DNA of 55,485 nucleotides from Bacteroidales bacterium (GTDB taxonomy: Bacteria; Bacteroidota; Bacteroidia; Bacteroidales; WCHB1-69). Below are positions 1 to 10,423 of this stretch, one piece after another. The position numbers were made by a program, and so were the translations under genes. Where the stretch lies: the NCBI GenBank assembly GCA_031253655.1, contig JAIRVY010000066.1:1-55485 (forward strand), written 5' to 3'. Under the pieces are notes generated by a model. It was not told the DNA's origin and did not search any database. It saw nothing but the letters and a program-made list of their open reading frames with translations. Each line of letters opens with the position of its first letter. Position 1 is the stretch's first letter.

Positions 1-855
1 ATGGCAGAAGTTTTGACTTACACCCCAATGACAATTATGGGGCTTGTATTTTTCTTTGCAGGATTAGGATTTAAAATATCCTTAGTGCCGTTCCATTTAT
101 GGACAGCCGACGTTTACGAGGGCGCACCAACAGGAGTAACCGCCTATTTATCAGCGATTTCAAAAGGCGCTGCCTGCTTTGCATTACTGTTTGCTTTATA
201 TCACGTTTTTGAAAATGTAAGCATCGTTTGGCACCATATTTTATGGGCATTATCAGTAATTACAATAGTAGTAGGGAACTTGTTCGCCATACGTCAAAAA
301 GAGATCAAACGCTTTTTTGCTTTTTCATCCATTTCGCAAGCCGGTTATATTATGATAGGCGTAATTAATGGAACTCCGGAGGGAATGGCGGCAACCGTAT
401 ATTATGTACTCGTTTATTTATTGGCTAACCTTGCCGTTTTCGGCGTTATCACTGCAGTAGAAAACATAACGGGACGTACAGATATTGCTGCATACAACGG
501 TTTTTACAAATCCAACCCAAAACTTGCCTTTGTGATGATGATTGCCGTTTTCTCGTTAGCAGGCATCCCGCCTTTTGCAGGATTTTTCAGCAAATTTTTT
601 ATCTTTGCCGCTGCTGCCGCAGAAGGCGAGTATTTGTTAGTATTCATAGCCTTGGTAAATACCGTTCTTGCACTCTATTATTATCTGCTCATTATTAAAG
701 CGATGTTTATTAATCAGGAAGAAGAACAGGGATTGGGGCTGCTCAAAACAGATATTTACAACAAACTCACGCTTCTATTCTGCTCTGCAGCAGTGATAAT
801 AATTGGATTTATAAGCTGTATTTATGAATTTGTTCTTTCAAAATCGCTATTTTAG
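1..855 (+). CDS. nuoN: NADH-quinone oxidoreductase subunit N (complex I NuoN/ND2 family), C-terminal ~284 aa; 5' end cut by the window edge
   Basis: Polytopic hydrophobic protein carrying the NuoN/ND2 signature '[34 protein letters not shown]'. Full-length NuoN is ~480 aa, so the ATG at nt 1 is probably internal. TAG stop at 853-855. Confidence 0.85.
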   Translation: MAEVLTYTPMTIMGLVFFFAGLGFKISLVPFHLWTADVYEGAPTGVTAYLSAISKGAACFALLFALYHVFENVSIVWHHILWALSVITIVVGNLFAIRQKEIKRFFAFSSISQAGYIMIGVINGTPEGMAATVYYVLVYLLANLAVFGVITAVENITGRTDIAAYNGFYKSNPKLAFVMMIAVFSLAGIPPFAGFFSKFFIFAAAAAEGEYLLVFIALVNTVLALYYYLLIIKAMFINQEEEQGLGLLKTDIYNKLTLLFCSAAVIIIGFISCIYEFVLSKSLF

Positions 856-3439
856 ATTCTGTATCTGCTTGTTTTTTGTACTCATTGGCAACAACTTGCT
901 CAGGTGCTCCTGCCACAAATTTTTTATTCGACAGTTTGTTAATTACTGATTGTAAAAAATCCTCAGCGTATATTAATTCTTCTCTCAATTTCTTCAATTC
1001 TTCTTCTGTATTCACTGCATTTGTCAACGGAATGCAATATTCTATTTGATTTTCAATGAAAGAAACACAGTTTGTGGGTTTTTCGGCTACAAATTCAATG
1101 GTTTCCAAATTGCACAGTTTTTGGATAATGGTTTGTAGGGGATGAAAATTTTCGACTTTTGCAAAAACCACTTGCAATCTCAATTCTACTTTTTGCGCAA
1201 TGTTCTTTTCTGTGCGAATTTTACGAATTTGTTCTACAATTCTTAATGTGTTTTCAAAAGATGTCAATAAGTTTTTATCCGGAACTTTAGCAAATCTTGG
1301 TATTTCAGAATACATAATGGTTTCCTTTTCACCCCGATTGGTTAAATTTTGCCATAATTCTTCCGTAATAAATGGCATAAAGGGATGCAATAACCTCATT
1401 AATTGGTCAAAAATACTTACTACTTGTGCAAAAGAACTTGTATCAATTGGTTGTTGGTATTGTGGTTTAACAATTTCCAAAAAAGTGGAACAGAAATTAT
1501 CCCAAATCAGTTTGTAAATGTTCATTAAGGCTTCGCTTAAGCGATATTTGGTAAAGTCATCATCCAATTTCTTTGTAACTTCGTTTAAGCGATTTGTAAA
1601 CCATTCGATGGCTATTTTACTATGTTCCGGTTGAGGAATATGGTCAACTACCTTCCAGCCTTTAACCAAACGAAACGCATTCCATATTTTGTTGCAAAAA
1701 TTTCTGCCCTGTTCGCACAAAGCCTCATCAAACATAAGGTCATTTCCGGCAGGAGAGCAGAATAGCATACCAATGCGCACGCTATCGGCACCATATTTAT
1801 CCATCAATTCAATCGGGTCGGGTGAGTTTCCGAGCGATTTCGACATTTTTCGGCGCAATTTATCACGTACCATACCGGTGTAATATACATCGTGAAAAGG
1901 GATCTCTTTGCGCCACTCCAAGCCAGCCATTATCATTCGCGCCACCCAAAAGAATATAATATCGGGAGCAGTTACTAATACATTTGTTGGGTAATAGTAT
2001 TTAATATCTTCATTATCAGGAGAACGAATTCCATCAAAAACCGAAATAGGCCACAGCCACGATGAAAACCAAGTGTCCATAACATCTTCATCTTGTCTCA
2101 AATCCTCAATTCGTAATTCGTAATTTGAAGTTCGTAATTGTTCAAAGGCTTTTTCCTTTGTTTTCGCCACTGCATACTCTCCATTTGGTGCGTAATAGGC
2201 AGGAATGCGGTGTCCCCACCACAACTGACGACTGATGCACCAATCTTTAACATTTTCCATCCAATGCGAATAGGTATTTTTCAATTTATCCGGAAAAAAA
2301 CGGATGGTATCGTTCATTACTACCTCTAATGCCGGTTTTGCCAACGCTGCCATATCACAGAACCACTGTTGAGATAACTTTGGTTCAATAATTTCATTTG
2401 TACGTTCTGAAAAACCGATTTTATTTGTGTAATCTTCTATTTTCACCAAATATTCCGCTGTTTCTAACAAAGGAATAATTTGTTCACGCGCTTCGAATCT
2501 GTCTGTTCCGGTTAATATTTCCGCATTTTCGTTCAACGTTCCATTATCACTAAAAATATTGATAGAGGGCAATTTATGCGTAATTCCTATATGATAGTCG
2601 TTGATATCGTGGGCAGGGGTAATTTTCAGAGCGCCTGTGCCAAACTCTCTATCCACATATTCATCAAAAATCAAAGGAATTGAGCGATTTATTAACGGAA
2701 CTAAACAACGTTTGCCTTTTAGATGTTTAAAACGGTCATCTTCGGGGTGCATACAAATAGCCACATCACCTAAAATGGTCTCGGGACGCGTAGTTGCGAT
2801 TGTCACATAGTCATTTTCCGTATTTTCAATTTTGTAGCGAATATAATAGAGCTTGGATTGTATTTCCTGATAAATTACCTCTTCGTCAGAAACGGCGGTA
2901 AGCGCTTTCGGATCCCAGTTTACCATACGCACTCCTTTGTAAATCAATCCCTTGTTGTACAAATCAATAAATGTATCAATTACCGAATCGTATAAATCTT
3001 CATCCATTGTAAATTTTGTGCGGTTCCAATCGCAGGATGCACCTAACTTTCTGAGTTGTTGTAAGATAATTCCGCCATGTTTCTCTTTCCATTCCCATGC
3101 ATATTTCATGAACTCCTCACGGGAAAGAGATCTCTTATCTATTCCTTTTTCTTTTAGGAGTGCCACAACTTTTGCTTCGGTGGCGATGGAGGCGTGGTCG
3201 GTTCCGGGCACCCACAGTGCATTGAAGCCCAACATCCTTGCACGACGAATTAATACATCTTGAATAGTATTGTTTAAGATGTGTCCCATGTGCAACACGC
3301 CGGTAACGTTGGGAGGTGGAATTACTATAGTGTAAGGAGGGCGTTTATCGGGGGTAGAAGCAAAAAAATGATTCTTTTCCCAGTAACTATACCACTTACT
3401 TTCAATCTCTTTCGGGTCGTACTTTGTTGATATTTCCAT
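809..3439 (-). CDS. valS: Valine--tRNA ligase (class I aminoacyl-tRNA synthetase)
   Basis: 876 aa. HIGH-type motif '[14 protein letters not shown]' and KMSKS motif 'RKMSKSLGN'. ValRS-typical N-terminus '[20 protein letters not shown]' and editing-domain '[12 protein letters not shown]'. C-terminal coiled-coil tail. Confidence 0.95.
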   Translation of the reverse strand: MEISTKYDPKEIESKWYSYWEKNHFFASTPDKRPPYTIVIPPPNVTGVLHMGHILNNTIQDVLIRRARMLGFNALWVPGTDHASIATEAKVVALLKEKGIDKRSLSREEFMKYAWEWKEKHGGIILQQLRKLGASCDWNRTKFTMDEDLYDSVIDTFIDLYNKGLIYKGVRMVNWDPKALTAVSDEEVIYQEIQSKLYYIRYKIENTENDYVTIATTRPETILGDVAICMHPEDDRFKHLKGKRCLVPLINRSIPLIFDEYVDREFGTGALKITPAHDINDYHIGITHKLPSINIFSDNGTLNENAEILTGTDRFEAREQIIPLLETAEYLVKIEDYTNKIGFSERTNEIIEPKLSQQWFCDMAALAKPALEVVMNDTIRFFPDKLKNTYSHWMENVKDWCISRQLWWGHRIPAYYAPNGEYAVAKTKEKAFEQLRTSNYELRIEDLRQDEDVMDTWFSSWLWPISVFDGIRSPDNEDIKYYYPTNVLVTAPDIIFFWVARMIMAGLEWRKEIPFHDVYYTGMVRDKLRRKMSKSLGNSPDPIELMDKYGADSVRIGMLFCSPAGNDLMFDEALCEQGRNFCNKIWNAFRLVKGWKVVDHIPQPEHSKIAIEWFTNRLNEVTKKLDDDFTKYRLSEALMNIYKLIWDNFCSTFLEIVKPQYQQPIDTSSFAQVVSIFDQLMRLLHPFMPFITEELWQNLTNRGEKETIMYSEIPRFAKVPDKNLLTSFENTLRIVEQIRKIRTEKNIAQKVELRLQVVFAKVENFHPLQTIIQKLCNLETIEFVAEKPTNCVSFIENQIEYCIPLTNAVNTEEELKKLREELIYAEDFLQSVINKLSNKKFVAGAPEQVVANEYKKQADTESKIAILKEQIHKYSL

Positions 3440-3466
3440 CGTTCACTGTTTTTTTTTATGAGAGCG

Positions 3467-3474
3467 CAAAAATA
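3467..3474 (-). promoter_or_regulatory. Candidate Bacteroidota -7 promoter box (TAnnTTTG) upstream of valS
   Basis: Minus strand reads TATTTTTG, 28 nt upstream of the valS ATG (3439). Motif match only. Confidence 0.35.
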
Positions 3475-3543
3475 ACAGAAAAATTTGGAACTCTTTTTAT
3501 CTCCGAAAAATAGAGTTACTTGAACTATTAATTTGTTACAGTT

Positions 3544-4065
3544 TTACCAAATACACGCATCCTCTTCCATCCATCTGTTTTGGACGCGTAATGTCTGTTC
3601 AATCACATCGCGCACACAGCCATAACCACCGTTAGCGTAAGAAATATACTCCGCAATCTCTTTAATTTCGGTACAGGCATCAGCCGGACAACATTTTAGC
3701 CCGCAGCGCTTCATTAACTCAAAATCGGGAATATCATCACCAACATAGAGAACTTCATCCGGATTGATGTTGTGTTTTTCTATATATGAATTAAAACATT
3801 CCACTTTATCGTGCACTTTAATAAATATTTCAATTCCATTAAAACTTTGATAGCGCAACCGCATTGATTCAGCAACTCCTCCCGAAATGATAGCAATTCT
3901 GTATCCTTTTCGTAGGGCGTATTGCATGGCATAACCGTCTTTTACGTTTGTAGCACGCATCTGCTCGCCATCAGGCAATACCCAAATTTTCCCATCTGAC
4001 AACACGCCATCGAAATCAAAAATAAAGGTGGAGATTTTTGCAAGTTTTTCTCTATAATTTTTCAT
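3544..4065 (-). CDS. kdsC: 3-deoxy-D-manno-octulosonate 8-phosphate phosphatase (HAD superfamily, subfamily IIIA)
   Basis: 173 aa. HAD motif I 'FIFDFDGVLSDG', then 'NVKDGYAM', 'IAIISGG' and 'VLYVGDDIPDFELM'. Colinear with E. coli KdsC as I remember it. Sits 58 nt downstream of murA on the same strand, so a likely operon. Confidence 0.8.
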   Translation of the reverse strand: MKNYREKLAKISTFIFDFDGVLSDGKIWVLPDGEQMRATNVKDGYAMQYALRKGYRIAIISGGVAESMRLRYQSFNGIEIFIKVHDKVECFNSYIEKHNINPDEVLYVGDDIPDFELMKRCGLKCCPADACTEIKEIAEYISYANGGYGCVRDVIEQTLRVQNRWMEEDACIW

Positions 4066-4123
4066 ACTCTTTAATTTTTCCTCAAAATTTAACTTCTTAA
4101 CTTCTTAACTTCATTTTAATAAA

Positions 4124-5428
4124 CTATTCTCTTACAATTTTCGCTCCCAGCGCATTCAAGCGTTCCACAATATTTTGATACCCTCTATCGATCTGCTCAA
4201 TATTTTGGATAACACTTGTGCCATTGGCAGATAGCGTTGCAATTAATAGTGCCACGCCCGCCCGAATATCCGGCGAGGACATATTGGTGGCGCGAAGTTG
4301 TTTTTTATGGTTTAAGCCGATAACAGTGGCGCGGTGCGGGTCGCACAGGATGATTTGTGCACCCATATTTTGCAGATGGTCCACAAAAAACAACCGGCTT
4401 TCAAACATTTTCTGGTGGATGAGCACGCTGCCTTTTGCCTGTACAGCGGTAACTAAGGCAATGCTGATTAAATCGGGGGTAAAGCCGGGCCATGGCGCAT
4501 CGCTGATAGTAAGAACCGAGTCATCTAATTCTCTGTCAATGCGATATTGTTCCAATTTTGGAATTACAATATCATCATTTACTTGTTGTAAAGGAATACC
4601 TAATTTTGAAAACGTATAGGGGATAATTCCCAAATGTTTACAGGCACAATTTTTAATAGTAATTGCAGAGCGGTTTAGAGCAGCCATCCCGATAAAACTC
4701 CCTATTTCAATCATATCGGGTAGAATAGTATGCTCGCAACCGTGCAAAATCTCCACGCCTTCAATAGTTAACAGGTTAGAGCCAATTCCGCTGATTATTG
4801 CACCCATTTTGTTGAGCATCGTGCAAAGTTGCAACAAATAGGGTTCGCAGGCAGCGTTAAAGATGGTGGTTTTACCTTTTGCCAGCACAGCAGCCATCAC
4901 AATATTTGCCGTACCGGTTACGGAGGCTTCGGGCAACAACATAGAGTTTCCGGTCAATTGTTTGGTAGAGATTTCATAGATTTTTTCTTTGGGCAGATGT
5001 TTTGTGGTTGCGCCTAATTTTTCAAATCCTTCAAAATGGGTTGTAAGTGGACGTCTTCCAATTTTGTCGCCTCCGGGGGTGGCGGCGTAAGCTTTTCCGA
5101 AACGCCCTAACAGAGGCCCGATTATCATAATGGAAGCCCGAAAGGCGCTTGCCAACTGCATAAATTTCTCAGATTTGATGAAATCGAAATGAATCTCTTT
5201 CGCTTGAAATTTGTACTCGTGTTCCGAAATCTGTGTAACTACCACGCCCATAGAAACAAGCACTTCAATCAACCGCATTACATCCAAAATATTCGGAATA
5301 TTTTTAATAATTACCGGTTCTTTGGTTAATAAAACGGCGCAAATTACCTGCAATGCTTCATTTTTGGCGCCTTGCGGAGTTATTTCACCTTTCAACTCGT
5401 GTCCGCCTTCAATAATAAATTTTCCCAT
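4124..5428 (-). CDS. murA: UDP-N-acetylglucosamine 1-carboxyvinyltransferase
   Basis: 434 aa. EPSP-synthase/MurA fold N-terminus 'FIIEGGHELKGEITPQGAKNEALQVICAVLLT'. 'PGGDKIGRRPL' occupies the position of the catalytic loop. C-terminal 'IEQIDRGYQNIVERLNALGAKI'. Confidence 0.95.
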   Translation of the reverse strand: MGKFIIEGGHELKGEITPQGAKNEALQVICAVLLTKEPVIIKNIPNILDVMRLIEVLVSMGVVVTQISEHEYKFQAKEIHFDFIKSEKFMQLASAFRASIMIIGPLLGRFGKAYAATPGGDKIGRRPLTTHFEGFEKLGATTKHLPKEKIYEISTKQLTGNSMLLPEASVTGTANIVMAAVLAKGKTTIFNAACEPYLLQLCTMLNKMGAIISGIGSNLLTIEGVEILHGCEHTILPDMIEIGSFIGMAALNRSAITIKNCACKHLGIIPYTFSKLGIPLQQVNDDIVIPKLEQYRIDRELDDSVLTISDAPWPGFTPDLISIALVTAVQAKGSVLIHQKMFESRLFFVDHLQNMGAQIILCDPHRATVIGLNHKKQLRATNMSSPDIRAGVALLIATLSANGTSVIQNIEQIDRGYQNIVERLNALGAKIVRE

Positions 5429-5465
5429 GATGTTATTCTTTGTAGCTTTTTTCTCTTTTGTTTCG

Positions 5466-5473
5466 CAAAAGTA
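5466..5473 (-). promoter_or_regulatory. Candidate Bacteroidota -7 promoter box (TAnnTTTG) upstream of murA
   Basis: Minus strand reads TACTTTTG, 38 nt upstream of the murA ATG (5428). Motif match only. Confidence 0.35.
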
Positions 5474-5592
5474 TATTTATTCTTTTTGGTTTATCGGAGT
5501 GTAAGAAAAATTAACATACAAACACTACTCCAAGTCAATTTGAAAATAATTATTAGATTTGAGTTTTTTGGGTAACTTTAGCACAAAATGCG

Positions 5593-5633
5593 AAAAAAGA
5601 GGCAAACTTAAATAGTAAGTAAGCCTCTTTTTT
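5593..5633 (-). terminator. Rho-independent terminator downstream of the metalloprotease gene
   Basis: Inverted repeat aaaaaagaggc (5593-5603) / gcctctttttt (5623-5633) with a 19-nt loop. On the minus strand the GAGGC/GCCTC stem is followed by a T-run. It lies 27 nt after the stop at 5660. Confidence 0.6.
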
Positions 5634-5659
5634 ATACCCTTAATGTTTGTTTACAATTG

Positions 5660-8600
5660 CTACTTTGTTATGGCAACTTTGGAAACGATAAAACTCTTAT
5701 CTGAATATAGTTTTACGAGATAGAATCCTTTGGCAACATCGAGAGCAATTACTGTTTCTCTATTAGTGATAGTTTCTTTGTAAATAACGCGTCCCATCAT
5801 ATCATATATTTCAACAAACCTTAGGTTTGTTTCGGCTTCGTTATTAATATAAATAAAATTTTCATAACTGTAAATACTCACATTTACCGATTCGTGGGTA
5901 AGAATTTCAGATAGAGGAGCTTTGGAGATTGTTGAGAATGATACATAAACGGTATGGTTTGCTTTAATATTTTTTAGTGTAACAAATCCGTCTTTGGCAG
6001 CTTTATTATCTTTTTTACCATCTACAAGCACTTCATAAATTACATATCCGGAATATGGAGTAAAAGTAAAAGTTTCAGTTCCACCTAGTTGAACATATAT
6101 TAGTCCTTCTGGGTTAATTGAACCGTTCATGCCTGCCGAGGCAAATATGTTGAGCCTGTTATCTTCAAAAGTAACGTGAACCGTGTGAGCGTCTTTAATA
6201 TTTTTGATAGTTATAAAGCCATTCTTGATAGCATTTTTATCTGTTTTACCATCTAAAAGAACATCTAAAATCTTGTATCCAAAATCGGGAGTAAAAGTAA
6301 AAGTTTCTGTTCCTCCTTTTTCAACCAGAATAACCCCTTGGGGTGTTATAGAACCATTTGGTCCGGCGGTAGCCGTGATAGTTATGCAGGAAAATGTTAC
6401 CGATATAGTGTGATTATCTCTCACATTGTTAAAAGTATAATTGTCGTTACTATAACTTTGGGCTTTTCCATCTACTAAAAGAGAAGCAACAAAATAACCG
6501 GGATCGGCAACAAAAGTAAAAGTAATTGACGCCCCATGCTGAACAACAACCATTCCATTGGGATTAATATTACCATTTGGGCCAGCGGTAGCAGTAATAG
6601 TAAATCCGGCTTGCAGTACGGATAGTGATAATCGAATAATACTGTCGCAGCCGTGAACAGAATGTAGGGTGTGGTTATAGACGCCGGCAACGGTAAGTAG
6701 ATTTCCATAGAAATCATAAGTTTCACCTTCAAAAATTGAGGCAGTAACCGGAATAATAAAGAGTGGGTGAAGAGTAAAAGTCAGTTCAACCTTGTTACAA
6801 TCGTCAATATCGTGGTAATAAATTCCTTGTTGTGTGAGCGTTTGTCCGTAAAATTCATAGGATTCTCCCGCACAAATAGACGCTTCATCGTAAATAGTTA
6901 CGGCGGCATTACGGATAACATCAATCGTATAACTCATAACTGTAACGTTGTCTTCGGCAGTAACAGTAATAGTAAAGAGGTTGCTACCAATATTAACAGG
7001 TGCATCAGAAACATTACCCGCAACAATAGCTTGAATATCTTCAGCGAATCCGGTTATGCTAATATCTGCTACTGTACAATCAACAGTAACCGAATAACTT
7101 GTAATAGCAGGGTCGAAAGATGGGGTTAAAGTACCGCTACTTACTAATATTTTTTCAAGATAAGCATTATTACTTGCCGTAGGGGTACAAGCCGGCAACG
7201 TAACACTAAGAACCTGAGATTCACTTTCAGGGCAAACAAAACTTACCCACCAGGTGTGCGGTTTCGTATAGTCAAAATCAGTATCTACGAAGAAAGGTTC
7301 ATGAATATTAAGTGCAATAATTTCACCATCTCTGTACACATTATAAAATTCTGTATTTTCTTCTTTTTTAACTCCATTAATTCTAAAGGGCATTTCAAAA
7401 TATGCATTATATGATGGTTCAAAAATACTCGACCATTCTCCGTAAGAATTTTGAATAGCATTTCCTTCTTGTGGAAATAAGTATCGTGTAACCGGTGGTA
7501 CCCACGGGCCTGAGAAATCAACGTCTCCGGTAAATGAAAATTCAATCCAATATGACCCGGCAGGTAATTCGTGATCAATGAGTGCAGTAACTTTAAATAT
7601 TTTTCTGTCGGAATTAGATATTGTAGTGGGCATTACCCTATTAGCATTTGAATAAATAGTTTCCGAAAGAAGATTCGTTACCATATCGCCCCAAATAATT
7701 GAACCTCCCGACATTGGATTGTCGTTCCAAATTCTTACGTAAACGCCTGTAATAGGCGACACTAATGAGACACCGGGCTGGTATGCATAAAAATCGATTG
7801 TGCCAATAAAAACATCTTCCAACAATGAGAAATTATCTGCAACAGACTGACCCGCTTCGTGGTTGGCAATAAAACCTAATGTATTAGTGTAAAAAGTATT
7901 CACAATGCTTACATCCGCCCCGTTTGCGCCGATACCAAAATGGGTAATAAAGGGTCCATTGTCGTAAACAAGAACAGTTGGCGAAGAATGATAATATCCT
8001 ATTCCTCCTCTCATAATCTCTTCCGGGGGCGCCGTCCACGTTAAAATGGCATGGCAATTTGGCGTGTAGTCGACAGAAAGATCAGAGACCGGAGGACAGT
8101 CCAAATTTTCAAAATGTGCTACTAATGTAATATCAATTGTAGCGGAAAAAGTATGATTAGGATATAAACTCACCACAGAACTTCCATTAAGCCAACTTGA
8201 AAATCTGTATCCAATAGATGGAATGGCGGAAACAGTAACAGACTCTCCGTAGAAGTATGTTCCGCCTCCAACAACCGAACCACCTTGTATAGGGTCAGCG
8301 CTAACTCGCACAGTGATTGGCGCTTGCTGTCCACCCATGAAATCAAATGAGATAGTTCTAGAGGTCGTATTATGAGTTATGTTCGTTATAGTTTTTCCTG
8401 TATTATTGCCAGCCCAAGATTTTGAATTGGGTATTGATGTATCCGTAAACGATGTATTATTTGTTGTGCCGGGGTAAGCTGTATAATTGTGCAGACAAGT
8501 ACTTGCTACACCGCAATTTGCCTGTTTTAAATAACAGCCTCTGTGACTCGGGTCACAATTTATGCAATTGTTGTTCCATCCTATGTAGTTTCTATCCACA

Positions 8601-9922
8601 TGATATATCAACATTCCATTAGCAGGGATATAATAATCCCAGCCAATTCTTTGGCGGTTCTCTACTAAAAAATATTCGCCGTTGGTAGTTGTATTAATCT
8701 TGTAGATAACTCCGGCCTCTTGTGGATTGGGTAAAGTAATTGTCGTAGGCGCTGAAATGGTTTGTGCCATAATCCAACCGGCATTATCTCTGCACCACGC
8801 AGAAGGTAATGAGGGGGTACGTCCATTATCGTTCCAAGATCCACTAGCCATAAGACACCATACGTCGAGATGTACTGAATTTCCACCTGAAGCGCCGTAA
8901 TCGGTATCATAAAAGTCGGGAAATCCGAATACGTGTCCTAATTCGTGTGCTATAACACCGATATGGGAAATATTATTTCCTGAAATACCTCTTAGTTCAG
9001 GAGAACAGGAATATTTTGACAGGTATTTTCCATTGAGAAAAAGAGGGGTAAAACTCCATGCGTGAGACCAAATAGAATTGCAAACTGCGGTTCCTGTTTC
9101 TTGTCCGTAACCGGCAAAAATAATGTGAATTCCATCTACATATCCGTCATTATCATTATCGTATAGAGAAAAATCGCATCCGTCATCATAAGCAAGTTGA
9201 GCAGCCTGTCTTGCCATATTTCTGGGATTTCCATATCCGTAGCCGGGAATGAAGCACGCATCATCGTAATAATTGATGGTATTGGATAAGGTGTAAGGTC
9301 CATAAACATCGCATGTAAAATCTAAAGCCCCGTAGGAAGCATCTAACCAGTAGTCTCGTAAACTACCGGGTGCATTGGATACGTTGTAACCGGGTTGGTT
9401 CAGTAATGCTTCAAATTCAGCTTTTGTTTTGGTGAATGGTTTTCCTTGAAAATCTACTAAAATAACAGGAAAATTCTTGGAACCACTAAAAGTTCTTACG
9501 CCGGAACCTCCCTCATCTCGTAATTGACTTTCCATAGTTTTAATCCAACTGTTTCGATTTTGGTAAATCTGTTGCTTCAAAGATACTTGAGAATCGCTAT
9601 AACGCAAATCTTTAGGAGTGGAATTTAAAAAAGAAATATCAAACGCAGAACGTTCATTGATATTCTTTGCGAGGATACCTGAAAAAAAGAGGTCGCCCTC
9701 TCCATCAAGAATAGCATACTCATAAAAGCCATCTTTGTTGACTAATAAAGTGTAACCGTCTTCCGACGTTGCCCAGTTCACATTCTCATCACCCTTGAGG
9801 AGAATGGTTATTTTCGTCCCATCCGGTTGTTCAATTTCAATCGGATATGGATAAGCACTTACTGCGAAAATCCTAACGGTAATCACAGCAGAAAAAAGAA
9901 TGAAAGTAAGGATTTTTTTCAT
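5660..9922 (-). CDS. Secreted multidomain M6-family (immune inhibitor A-like) zinc metalloprotease with T9SS type-A C-terminal sorting domain
   Basis: I start it at the ATG at 9920-9922 ('MKKILTFILFSAVITVRIFAVSA', a signal peptide), not at the track's 10273. That gives 1,420 aa. Features read from the translation:
- zinc motif 'HELGHVFGFPDFYD' (HExxH at 8933-8947);
- InlB-B-repeat-like unit 'VSADPIQGGSVVGGGTYFYGESVTVSAIPSIGYRFSSW';
- cadherin-like beta-sandwich 'LTPSFDPAITSYSVTVD';
- two 'C.GE.Y.FYG..L...G.Y......GCDS' units;
- three ~74-aa tandem repeats 'TATAGPNG.I.P.G...V..G...TFTF.P..GY' (~5946-6612);
- C-terminal 'VEIYDMMGRVIYKE...GFYLVKLYSDKSFIVSKVAITK'. Confidence 0.85.
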   Translation of the reverse strand: MKKILTFILFSAVITVRIFAVSAYPYPIEIEQPDGTKITILLKGDENVNWATSEDGYTLLVNKDGFYEYAILDGEGDLFFSGILAKNINERSAFDISFLNSTPKDLRYSDSQVSLKQQIYQNRNSWIKTMESQLRDEGGSGVRTFSGSKNFPVILVDFQGKPFTKTKAEFEALLNQPGYNVSNAPGSLRDYWLDASYGALDFTCDVYGPYTLSNTINYYDDACFIPGYGYGNPRNMARQAAQLAYDDGCDFSLYDNDNDGYVDGIHIIFAGYGQETGTAVCNSIWSHAWSFTPLFLNGKYLSKYSCSPELRGISGNNISHIGVIAHELGHVFGFPDFYDTDYGASGGNSVHLDVWCLMASGSWNDNGRTPSLPSAWCRDNAGWIMAQTISAPTTITLPNPQEAGVIYKINTTTNGEYFLVENRQRIGWDYYIPANGMLIYHVDRNYIGWNNNCINCDPSHRGCYLKQANCGVASTCLHNYTAYPGTTNNTSFTDTSIPNSKSWAGNNTGKTITNITHNTTSRTISFDFMGGQQAPITVRVSADPIQGGSVVGGGTYFYGESVTVSAIPSIGYRFSSWLNGSSVVSLYPNHTFSATIDITLVAHFENLDCPPVSDLSVDYTPNCHAILTWTAPPEEIMRGGIGYYHSSPTVLVYDNGPFITHFGIGANGADVSIVNTFYTNTLGFIANHEAGQSVADNFSLLEDVFIGTIDFYAYQPGVSLVSPITGVYVRIWNDNPMSGGSIIWGDMVTNLLSETIYSNANRVMPTTISNSDRKIFKVTALIDHELPAGSYWIEFSFTGDVDFSGPWVPPVTRYLFPQEGNAIQNSYGEWSSIFEPSYNAYFEMPFRINGVKKEENTEFYNVYRDGEIIALNIHEPFFVDTDFDYTKPHTWWVSFVCPESESQVLSVTLPACTPTASNNAYLEKILVSSGTLTPSFDPAITSYSVTVDCTVADISITGFAEDIQAIVAGNVSDAPVNIGSNLFTITVTAEDNVTVMSYTIDVIRNAAVTIYDEASICAGESYEFYGQTLTQQGIYYHDIDDCNKVELTFTLHPLFIIPVTASIFEGETYDFYGNLLTVAGVYNHTLHSVHGCDSIIRLSLSVLQAGFTITATAGPNGNINPNGMVVVQHGASITFTFVADPGYFVASLLVDGKAQSYSNDNYTFNNVRDNHTISVTFSCITITATAGPNGSITPQGVILVEKGGTETFTFTPDFGYKILDVLLDGKTDKNAIKNGFITIKNIKDAHTVHVTFEDNRLNIFASAGMNGSINPEGLIYVQLGGTETFTFTPYSGYVIYEVLVDGKKDNKAAKDGFVTLKNIKANHTVYVSFSTISKAPLSEILTHESVNVSIYSYENFIYINNEAETNLRFVEIYDMMGRVIYKETITNRETVIALDVAKGFYLVKLYSDKSFIVSKVAITK

Positions 9923-9980
9923 AAAAAAAATTGTTAAAAATTTGGTAAATTTAAAATTAGAAACTGCCATATTTCTGCCG

Positions 9981-9988
9981 CAAATATA
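9981..9988 (-). promoter_or_regulatory. Candidate Bacteroidota -7 promoter box (TAnnTTTG) upstream of the metalloprotease gene
   Basis: Minus strand reads TATATTTG, 59 nt upstream of the ATG at 9922. Motif match only. Confidence 0.35.
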
Positions 9989-10334
9989 ATATTTTTTTAA
10001 TATGCAACATTTCCCTATAAAATAAATGCAAATACCTTTCCTATAATACTTTAAAATTTCATTAAGGGAAACTTCCCTTTTAAGATACTCCTTTTTTGTC
10101 ACGATATATAACAAATCTTGCCATGAAAAGGTTATAAAATCTTGAATAAGAACTACGAAAGTTAGCAAAAATTTATAAATTTCTAAGTAATAAAATATCT
10201 TTTCGTTGGAAAAAAAAACACTCATAAACCTAAGAAATTTCTCGTATAACATTGATATATTGAATATTAACAATAAAATTTTTATTAATAGAATAAATAA
10301 AGATAAAAAAGGAGTATCAGTTTAAAAAAAAGTA

Positions 10335-10342
10335 TATTTTTG
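10335..10342 (+). promoter_or_regulatory. Candidate Bacteroidota -7 promoter box (TAnnTTTG) upstream of ORF 10424, possibly driving the giant gene as well
   Basis: Plus strand reads TATTTTTG within 'agtatatttttgcaac', 82 nt upstream of the ATG at 10424. I find no perfect TAnnTTTG between 11009 and 11173. Confidence 0.35.
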
Positions 10343-10423
10343 CAACTTTATAAGCGCTATAGCCATAAGTTTGTTGCAGGATAAGAGTTTCTAAATGTAA
10401 TATCAACCAAAATAGTTTAAAAA

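Noticed and set aside
1200-3263. Plus-strand ORFs inside valS (1200-1517, 1689-1883, 2138-2329, 2601-2810, 2952-3263)
   Set aside because: They are antisense to a confidently identified valS, are short, and have no motifs.
4091-4113. A tiny tandem repeat (aacttctt x ~3) in the murA-kdsC spacer
   Set aside because: It is only ~23 nt in an AT-rich 58-nt intergenic spacer within a likely operon. It is too short to separate from chance, and no function can be argued.
4218-5575. Plus-strand ORFs overlapping murA and its upstream region (4218-4619, 4829-5017, 5211-5504, 5372-5575)
   Set aside because: They are antisense to murA or lie in its AT-rich promoter region. The sequences are Cys/Phe-rich and low complexity, with no support.
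9923-10273. The N-terminal 117 codons of the track ORF 5660-10273 (the 1,537-aa version of the protease)
   Set aside because: The extension ('MLIFNISMLYEKFLRFMSVFFSNEKIFYYLEIYKF...') is low-complexity translation of AT-rich intergenic DNA. It precedes a textbook signal peptide that starts at the internal ATG (9920-9922, 'MKKILTFILFSAVITVRIFAVSA'). It would also bury a TAnnTTTG box at 9981-9988. The gene is called from 9922.
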